A DNA stretch of 64,000 nucleotides from the human T2T-CHM13v2.0 reference genome, Homo sapiens: the NCBI RefSeq assembly GCF_009914755.1, contig NC_060937.1, one strand, 5' to 3'. Each line of letters starts with the position of its first letter. The first letter of the stretch is position 1. The position numbers and the translations under genes were made by a program. Under the pieces are notes generated by a model. It saw only the letters and a list, made by a program, of their open reading frames with translations, had not been told where the DNA came from and did not search any database. Below, in pieces: positions 54,200-64,000 of the stretch.

Positions 54200-54830
54200 A
54201 GTATAGAAATCTCTGAGGTCCAGATCGAAAAAATGCCTCTGTAATGTTAGGTCAGAAAGATGCATTTGCACTTCCAGAGGATCAGGACGTTGTGTTCTTG
54301 CATAAATGGCTGTGAGGGCTGCTAACCACATTCTTGATTGGTTTATGGGAAATTGGAATAAACTTGTGGCCTATGTTAAACAGGTTAAGATGCCAGGATC
54401 TTCTTTTCCTGAGGCAGAGACATGAATCCAAAGTCTTTGGGCATTAGAAATGCTAAAGTAAATTTATTATGTTTGACTCACTTACTCATCCCTTTAGTAC
54501 TGAGAGGGCATGGGAAAATCCATTGGTGAAGGAGTTCACAAATCCTCAAAAATATTTATAATAGCTGACAATAGAAGAATAGCTGACATTACCATTAAAA
54601 AGGGCAACCTGCTGTAATTGTTAGTAGGAGCTCCCAGAAAAGCAGAGTTCTGGGGGCAGCACTTAACTACCACAAACAAGGTAATGATTGTAAAGAACAG
54701 CATGGATCAAGCAGGAACCAGACTGGAGTTCAGGGATATTTGGCAGTAATGAGTTTATTATGGTCTCCCTAGAACTGAAATAGAAGGACAGCTTAGTATG
54801 AGTCCTTATTTGACCTGCAAAACTGGGGGG
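54200..54830 (+). mobile_element. ERVL internal (gag-like) remnant
   Basis: 'ggttaagatgccagga', 'ggcagcacttaactaccacaaacaagg', 'ggtctccctagaactgaaatagaaggacagc'. Confidence 0.65.
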
Positions 54831-57199
54831 AAACAAAACCCAAAACTCCCACTGATATGAGGAATGAAAGATAAGATGGGCACTAAAGATAAAAGTGTAA
54901 TAATGGAATATTCTGAATGACTTAATGTCAATAAATTGAAAGCAGTTAAAGAAATTTAAGAAACAGTATTATAAAGGTATTAGAATAAATTATAACATAC
55001 TTCGTGGTCTTAGAATACAGGAAGTTTCCTTAAGCAACTTATTTCTTAGAAGGATAACTAAGTAGTCAACAGATATATAAAACTAGTTGAGGAACAGCCA
55101 AAGAAACGTAAAAGAGCAACAGCAATGTATATATATTTTACTGTCTACATATACACACATACACACACACACAGATTTACAAGAAAAAATGTATCATAAA
55201 TATTCAGTGTAAAGTGAGGGAATTTTTAAATACAAAATTTTAGCATTAAGGTCTTCATCTCTAATTAGCATAAAACTAACAAAAATATGAACTAGAAAAT
55301 AGTGTCTATATCTTGAATCATTGGCTCTACTCTTTTTGAAAAAATAGCCACACATTTAGCTGTCGTATATTTACATAATTTACTTTGAAAGTTTAAAGTT
55401 ATGCTATTCGGATATTAACAGGTACTTTTCCATTTGAAAATGCTGATTTTCTTTACTTGAGATTCAGTTAAGACTCAAAGGAGAGAATACGGTATGGATA
55501 TCTAAATATAGTTGAAGATATATTTCCTTTTTTATTCTTTAAGTTGAAAATTTTGTGCAATTGACTTCCCTTATAAAGAATAACCATGTACGCCCTATAG
55601 AATAATATGACTCACAAACCTGACTTTAATACACATGGCTAGGCTTTTCACTATGTGCTTAAATATGATTAATTAGAAATGCAAATTGTGATCGAACAAC
55701 CATGGTAGAACTGAATGGCTGCACGTAAATGAGTTTTATTTTATTAATTCATAAGCAAACATGTATCATCCATGAATAGAATTTGAGCTAAAATTCAAAA
55801 CATAAAATATGTTGCAAACGTCCTCTAAGTTTGAACTGTAGTTAGGCATATATAATGCAGAGTCCCAAAACTGATGAATCATACATCTTCTAAGGCAATA
55901 CTTTAGAGTTCAGTAAAAGATACAGAACTTGTAAGTATAAGCTGAAATGCAAGTTATATCAGGATTATGGTATTGTTTATATCTATAAATGTATATATTC
56001 TTATTTAGATGTTTTATATCTAGATATACATGTTCAAATTAAGTCAAAACAAAATGTATCTACCTTTAAAAATCTTTTCATAATGTGTAAAACAGAGATA
56101 AGTAGACTTAAAAATTCTGTACCACTTTTCCAAGCAGCTAAGTAGAACATTTATTCAATGTAATTTAACGAGATTATCTGAAAAATGTAAGGAACACCAT
56201 TTGAAGTTTGCCACTATAATTTATAACATGACGGGTTGATGTTTGACAATATTTATCTTATTATGGAAGTTACATTGGCTGCATACAGTTGGAGAAACAG
56301 ATTTTAATATGTTTTATAGATAGGAATAAGGTAACAATGGAATTATTGGTACAGGATAGCTCCACATTGTACACTCTGATATACTGAATGCAAGGATCAA
56401 AGACATACCATGAATATATTTTAGAAAATTACATATACATACTTAAAATTTATAGAATGAGCTTACATATATCTAGTACAAGATGGCATACAAACTTGGA
56501 AATATTTCTAAGAAAAGTTATAATCATATTTGTATAAAAATTTAACTATTTTGATATCAGAAAGGTGGCATTTGACAGAGAAATCATGTGATTTTTCTCT
56601 GTGCGTTATTTAAAACATTGAAATGTGTTTGCTTCAGGACATAAATAATCATTCTGCTAAGTGTATTAATTACTCACCAGGTTTCATTTATAATAGTAGA
56701 TACAGTGGTAGAATAAACAGACTTGCCTAATTTATTTTTGACTTAGTACACATTTTTCTACTTTCAGAATTTCTACAAAAATAGGAAAAAATACTTGGTA
56801 TGATGGGTCTTTTCTCATTTTTAAAAAGCCTGACAGCTTCTTTAGGGAGGGCCTACTTCTACGTGTCTGTCACATTCAGGGACTAATTGGGTTCCTATTT
56901 CATTCACTTGGCATTTGTAAAGAACTCTCGGGATGTCTTGATATGCAAAATAATTTTATATTCAAAATTCAGGACTCCTAAGCCCTAAAAATAAATATTC
57001 TAAACTGGTAACCCACTTAAATAATGGAGGGCTAATAATTGTGTTTAAAATAATTATCATACAGCCTAGGAATCAGCTTTTACTTCACAAGTCCACACTA
57101 ACATAGCTAATTGAAAACTCTACATCTTTATTTATAATATATGTAAAATGGACATCTTATCAGAATATGTAAAAAACTTGAATACTTACCACCTGCCCA

Positions 57200-57850
57200 A
57201 CCCCCCACATCTGGATCAACAACTTCCCTTTCCTGGATTCTTCTCTGTAAATAAGTCCATATTTTTCTTGAGCCAAACACTTATAGTCATATTTGAATCT
57301 CCTCATTTCATATCTATTCCACAAAATAATCCTGTTGATGTTTCCTTGAAATTTATTCAAAAACTAGTCTCTACTTACAGTTTACATCACTACCACCAGG
57401 TTCTTCCATGATCATCTTCTCTTTTACCTTTGAATCAGTTTTCATAACTGATCCATTTGCCTCCAGTTTGCCCTTAAACCTATTCTCTCCTAATATAATC
57501 TTACTAAAATATATGTAACATCATGTCATGGCTCTACTCGAAACCTTCTAATAATTTTGAATCTTAGTCAAATTCCAAAGTCCTTATGTCTTTAAGGAAT
57601 TTCATGAGCTAGAACCTGCTATCTGCTGAATCTCATTTCCCAATATCCTCACTTGCTCACTGCCTTTCAGACACTCTTGCCTCTTTGTACTTCTACAGTT
57701 TCAACAGGCATACTCCATTCGGAGCATTTGCAATTGCTCTCCCCTCACCCAACATGTTTTCTTTCTAGATATTCACATGGCTCAATTGCACACTTCCTTC
57801 AGAATCTGTTCAAATGTCATTATTACAGAAATTTGTATTGACTGATATAA
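57200..57850 (+). mobile_element. L2 remnant
   Basis: 'catcatgtcatggctctactcgaaaccttcta', 'gcatttgcaattgctctcccctc', 'tctgttcaaatgtca'. Confidence 0.75.
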
Positions 57851-57905
57851 AAGCAATATAGTGACAGTCCAAATCATTTGAAGTATTTTGTTTTATGTAA
57901 TTCTT

Positions 57906-58914
57906 TTTTTGTGTGTTTGGATTTTCTTTTCTATTATTTTTTTAATTATACTTTAAGTTCTAGGGTACATGTGTATAATGTGCAGGTTTGTTACATATGT
58001 ATACATGTGCCATGTTGGTGTGCTGCACCCATTAACTCATAATGTACATTAGGTATATCTCCTAATGCTATCCCTCCCCCATCCCCCTACCCCATGATAC
58101 GCCCCAGTGTGTGATGTTCCCCTTCCTGAGTCCGAATGTTCTCATTGTTCATTTCCCACCTATGAGTGAGAACATGTGGTGTTTGGTTTTTGTCCTTGTG
58201 ATAGTTTGCTGAGAATGATGGTTTCCAGCTTCATCCATGTCCTTACAGAGGACATGAACTCATCATTTTTTATGGCTGCATAGTATTCCATGGTGTATAT
58301 TTGCCACATTTTCTTAATCCAGTCTATCATTGATGGACATTTGGGTTGTTTCCATGTCTTTGCTATTGTGAATAGTGCTGCAATAAACAAACGTGTGCAT
58401 GTGTCTTTATAACAGCATGATTTACAATCCTTTGGGTATATACCCAGTAATGGAATGTCTGGGTCAAATGGTATTTCTACTTCTATATCCTTGAGGAATC
58501 GCCACACTGTCTTCAAGAAACTACCATCAGAGTGAACAGGCAACCTACAGAATGGGAGAAAATTTTTGCAATCTGCTTATCTGACAAAGGGCTAATATCC
58601 AGAATCTACAAAGAACTCAAAAAAATTTATAGGAAAAAAACAACCCCATCACAAAGTGGGCGAAGGATATGAACAGGCACTTCTCAAAAGAAGACATTTA
58701 TGCAGCCAAAACACACATGAAAAAATGCTCATCATCACTGGTCATCAGAGGAATGCAAATCAAAACCACAATGAGATACTATCTCACACAAGTTAGAATG
58801 GTGATCATTAAAAAGTCAGGAAACAACAGGTGCTGGAGAGGATGTGGAGAAATAGGAACACTTTTACACTGTTGGTAGGACTGTAAACTAGTTCAACCAT
58901 TGTGGAAGACTGTG
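57906..58914 (-). mobile_element. L1PA3/4-like element with twin-priming 5' inversion
   Basis: Antisense 3' end to 58514, sense ORF2 58515-58914; ORFs 58160 and 58669 translate as ORF2p; imperfect TSD 57889-57905 and 58915-58931 (15/17). Confidence 0.95.
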
Positions 58915-60575
58915 TGTTCTATGTATTTCTTGATAAATCTTCATTGTTAGCATGTAATTAAGAACCCAATCTTTCAATATGCTCTCTATATGCTCTCTAG
59001 CTTTTTTTAGAGAAACTTATTACATATATGTGTTTCTTTTATTTTTGTCAATTATGTGATGATTAGCTGTATCTGCTTTTTTGTTCTTAATTATATACTC
59101 AGAATAATGTTGCAAAAGAAAAAGTATTTAATAACAGAACATAGTACATGGATTTATTTCACAAGAATATATTTCTTGAAATTTTAGACATTATTTTCTT
59201 GATCATAAAATTCAAGAAAACCCTCTCAAGTGTCCTCTGTACTTATTTAATGGATTTCTGCTTTAATATGTATTGGAGATGACTGAAATAGTGAGTGAAT
59301 CCAGGCCATAAAAATGGTCCTGAAGGAAAAAATAGACATTAGGAAATATGAGACAGAAAACCATTTTACTATTAAGTCCAATAGAACATAATGTAAAGTT
59401 GGAACTAAAGAGAAAAAGGAACGTTAGATTACACAGTCACTGACAATATTAAATATGACTTCAGAAAATTGTGGAATAAGAAAATATCTTCAAGTATGTG
59501 TGACAGGCAATAAATAAGCTTTAGTGGCAAAGTTTTTTGATTTTGTAGAACACACAAAAAAAGTGCATGGTTAATAATTTATTCAGGTTTACTAAAAACT
59601 TAAACCAAGGTAAGAAAAATAACTTTGATCTTTGTGAAAGCAGAATGAAAGTAGTAATTAAAATTTAAAAAGTAAAATTAGTATTTGGAAATTGTATTAA
59701 TGTAGAACTAAATGAAGGACAAATTATCACAATGCCTAAGTATTTTTTTCTTCCAAGATGAAAAGAATGTTGTACAGGTAAGAGGAGGTAGTCTGCTCTC
59801 AACAAGTGCATGACACCTGGGAAGCTTTTAACTAGACAATGTGGCATGAAGAGGGAAAGCTAATGATACTTTCTACTCTCGAGTTCTGATACTTCCATAG
59901 AAAAACAAAATAGACCAGGCAAATTTGCATACATGTATGAATATAATTGGATAAAATAGGAGAATTTGAGGAAGTGCTACATATTCAGAGGGCGATAACC
60001 AAAGGCATACTTTATACTTATGAAGGCTGCTGGAATTAAGCTATACCTTTTAGAAAGATGGGGCTCAGCTTGTAATTAAACACAAATATTTGCAAGAAAA
60101 GGGAGAAGTTATAGGTAGAAAAACATAGGAAAAGGACGATCACATATTGGTCACCTGTATTGTTCCAAACAATTTGCAAGAATTACTTAATTTTCAAAAA
60201 ACCCTTGGATATCATTATTTCCTTTCTATTAGTTGGAAAAGTACTATTAGGAGAACTTTCAGGTCAGACTGCTAATAAACAGTGTCATAGCTTGAATCTC
60301 AGTGTAAGTAAAAATCATATTCTCACTATGACACTTACATGGCATGAACCTGTACTAGCATCTGAAGTACAACAAAATAAAATGAAAACTCATGTGTAGG
60401 TTTATCATAGAATGTAACAAATTAATTTTTGAGACAATTAAGCTTTTTTTGTTTTGTTTTTCTAAGAGAAACTGTGATTCTAAGAAGTAACTTATGGTTA
60501 TTCAAATATCTCAGGGAAATTTTTAGAGCTATATTTGGGAATGATTACAGAAGAATGGTAGAAACTGTTCTAAGC

Positions 60576-60690
60576 CAGTGGTTCTCATAATTAAGCCTGT
60601 ATCACAATCATCTGAGGCCTAAAAGTTCACATTTCTAGCTAGTGCCCAGGTGACCTGATGCTGCCGGGCTAGGGGCCTTACTTTGGGAGG
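60576..60690 (+). mobile_element. MER5A-like hAT element
   Basis: 'cagtggttctca...atcacaatcatctgagg...cccaggtgacctgatgctgccgg...actttggga'. Confidence 0.75.
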
Positions 60691-63072
60691 TAACAAGACA
60701 TCTGAATAGAGAGACACATCATAGAAATAGTCATCTGGTCCTACTAGTGTTTTGAGACCCCTGAAAAAAAAAGGGAGTAGGATTTGGGTGATATTATCTT
60801 ATTACTGATTATGACAAACTTTTAATTATACTTAAATTCTTAAGTTGGTCCTCTAATTCACTGTAAAGGATCTAAATTAATATATAAGCACTGCTTTAAA
60901 TTCCAGAAAAGCTTAAGAACAGAATAAATGTATTACCACCCAGCAGAAGAAAATGTACTATCTTTAAAACTGAAGCTTGCTGTTTAAAAATGCTTTTGTT
61001 CCCTCAGTGCAGTACAAATATAGTCTGCATATTTTATAAAATAATTATTTTGATTTTGAATATATATTATTTTATTTCAATACATTCAGTAATTCTAAAT
61101 AAAATGCATTCATAGAGTTAATGTGTCTAGGTTATGTAGTAAAATTCATTTAGTAATTTTAAATAAGTGTAGTCACAAATTTTACTTTCTTCTGCATTTC
61201 ACTAGACAGATCTCTCACATTTATACATTATAACAACAACAACAAAAAGTAGGAACAGATGGGAGAAAGCTTTCCTTCATGTTCATTACATTTTACATTT
61301 TCTCACCTAAAGCATGAATTTGTTTGATTATAGAGTGCTTGACAAACTAAATAGTTATCTCTAGTAAATTAAAGTAATTCACTTCACCTGTTGAACATAA
61401 TTGTTTCTTCATAATTGGATCCTTTAAATAATTTTTAAACAGCAAACATAACATTTGCTGTTGCATATAAAATTGGATGATAATATCTAACATTATCACA
61501 TGGTGGCAAAAACAATGGTTTCTTTAATTTTGAGAATGTTGAATACCCTAAATGTGCATATTCCTAAATAAATGAATTAATTTAAACTAGGCATATTATA
61601 ATTTTACATTTACTTGAAAAAATAGTAATATCTTTGCAAGTATAGAGTTAACTAAATGAAAATGAATGTTTTATTGTTTTGAACCACATAAGTCTGTGTT
61701 TAAATAATGCTATAACTAAAATATTTAGTTGGTATTAGTTTGTACTGTTTGAAAACAGGATAGGATTCAAAGAAGTAAATATTGCTTTCTGATAAGATTT
61801 TCTAAATAAATGGTTTAATGCTTAGAAAGATGTTAGGGTCAGCAATTTCCAGCCGGAAAATGTAATTCTGAATGCCAAGTTCATGGTATTCAAGCTCTTC
61901 TGCTTTAAATGTCAGGGCTGTTTGCCTGTATCAAGCACTGGACTGATAAATGCAGTCAAGGAAATAGAAAACAGAAATGAAATTAAATATGACATATAGA
62001 AGAGCAGAGGAGAGCACTGAAAATTCACATCCTTTATTGGAAAATAAACAATACTTGAATTAAATTTCTGAGAATAGATCAGGTTGTTTTAAAATTTATA
62101 TTCATCAAGTCATAAAATTAGAAAAATTTAATAAGTAAGCAGACTTTTGTACAGCCCAATTAACAAATAAAATCAAATATTTTTTCTCATTGTAATCAAA
62201 AGTTACAGACAGTATTTTCCTAGGAAGGAAATATTGAACAACATTTTTGTTGAAATTTAACTACCATTTTTCTTACTTGCTTTTTCTTCTCCTTTTTTGA
62301 ACATAGGAAATATTTACACCTATTTTCCCAAACTTTTGTTAGATGAGTGCTTATGTAGCATGTTGCTGATTGGCAACTTATTTCTCTTTAGTCATAAAGG
62401 ATCAGAGAATGTATTCCCATTACATGTCATCACTTCAAGTAGGATGTAAATCTAGAATGATATAGACTAACACATCTCCATTCAAGTTTTTATGCATAAA
62501 CTATATATTAGGTGTTGGACCACACAGTTTATTTCTAATCTATATTTTGGTTGTTAGCAGTGAGAGAGAATACTGTGAGAACATGTGAGAGAATAATGAA
62601 GTAAAATAAATGAAATACATGAAAAAGAATGTATTATAAGGACTCATGGGTCATAAAGAAATAAGAACACTGTTATCTACATTACAAGAATGTAAAATCT
62701 CAACTATACTTTTTCATCTTACTATATCCTTTTATACATAGAAGTTATATTGCTCTCATTTTATATATAATGTCCTTCGTAGTTATTGCCAATATTGCAT
62801 TTTGATTTTTAGAGCCAATTATGCCTAATTAAAAAACATTTTTTTATGGCAGCTATGCAATAAAAACTATTGAATATATTTAATGCAATATTAATTATAT
62901 TTTTAATATATAGCAAATAACTTTAAATAAAAAAAGTATCAGCTATTCTAAGTTAAATAAAAGGCCCAACTTGAATTGAGCATATACTCACTGAGACAAG
63001 TTAATTACTGAATATTCCCTTTTGATCCATTTTTATTGTTTCTGGTGGAAGAGATTCACATGTGCTCTCATG

Positions 63073-63333
63073 AAATACATAGTTAGATAAAATGAATAAG
63101 GTCTAGTATTTGATAGCACAACAGAGTGACAACAGTTAATAATTTATTGTATATTTTAATTAAAAGTATAATGGAATGTTTGTAAAACAAAGAAATGCTA
63201 AATGCTTGAGGTGATGAATACCCTATTTATCCTGATGTGATTATTATGCATTGTATGCTTGCATCAAAATAGCTTGTGTACCCTACAAATATATAAATAC
63301 CTACTATGTACCCATAAAAATTAAAAATTAAAA
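63073..63333 (+). mobile_element. L1MA2/3-like 3' end
   Basis: 'gttagataaaatgaataaggtctagtatttgatagcacaacag...tactatgtacccataaaaattaaaaattaaaa'. Confidence 0.92.
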
Positions 63334-64000
63334 GTACATGACAAAATGTGTTCCATTACAAGTGGATTTTAATATTGTGCATATTTTATATGGATACACA
63401 AAAACAAGTTTATAAAACTACATTTAAAATAATATGTATTACATGATAATATATTTTAAACTATAGATAATATATAACTGATTTGATAAAGTAACTCAAT
63501 AGAGTTTATCATTGGGAGTGCATTTTATAAAATATAACTAGATATTATAGCACTAAGGCTATTTTTATTTCTTTTCTTTGGATTAATTGAAAACATGTAT
63601 TGTAGACTTATAAATGTCAGAATTTGTATGTATTTGGCTTTATCAGACTTTCTGGAGGATTATTAGGTAGAGTACATACTGAGAGAAGGAACATCTTTGA
63701 AATATCTTTGAAATGAGTTAGTTGAGGGATCCTACAGATTCAAATGCGATATAGTGAACTCCAAAAAGAGACAGACATGTTTATGGAATTTCATAGCATT
63801 AATTTTTCATTTCATTCATCACCATAAAAAAAGACCAGAAAATGGCTTACACACCCCATGAGATTAAAATAACCAAGAATCAAGACGAATAAATGTTTTA
63901 TTTCTATTTTCACTTTGAATGGACACAATTGGCCCTGCATTATGACTAGATAAAATTTTTTAGATTGAGCAAGATGTTATATTATTTATTGAGCAAGATG

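Noticed and set aside
58160-58878. ORFs with real protein similarity (also 8265..8537, 16142..16381, 22486..22680)
   Set aside because: They are fragments of L1 ORF2p in truncated dead elements, not host genes.
63964-64000. Direct repeat attgagcaagatg with 24-bp period at the window edge, and other micro-duplications (41522, 54561, 58977)
   Set aside because: Only two copies are visible, consistent with ordinary slippage. They are not CRISPR-like arrays, and the context is eukaryotic.

Overview
This is AT-rich, CpG-depleted primate (human-like) genomic DNA, either intergenic or deep intronic. I can support no protein-coding gene, RNA gene or CpG island, and the supplied ORFs fall in repeats, microsatellites or AT-rich noise. 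Much of the window is decayed transposable elements: L1PA/PB/MA/M, AluJ/AluS/FRAM, MIR, L2, MaLR, ERVL/ERV1/ERVK LTRs, fragmented ERVL pol and gag, and hAT-Charlie elements. Subfamily names come from my recall of consensus sequences, not from a search. The notable signal is structural. (1) A ~3.05 kb L1 insertion has only ~140 bp of L1 and ~2.9 kb of 3'-transduced DNA, with its own AATAAA, poly(A) and a 15-bp TSD, and it splits a MaLR LTR. (2) Three clear locally templated insertions and one probable one copy 90-430 bp from donors 1-14 kb away into older repeats, with no poly(A) or TSD. (3) Fold-back hairpins occur at breakpoints and around a (TA)n tract. These read as fossil DNA-repair and retrotransposition scars. 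I found no convincing new biological system.
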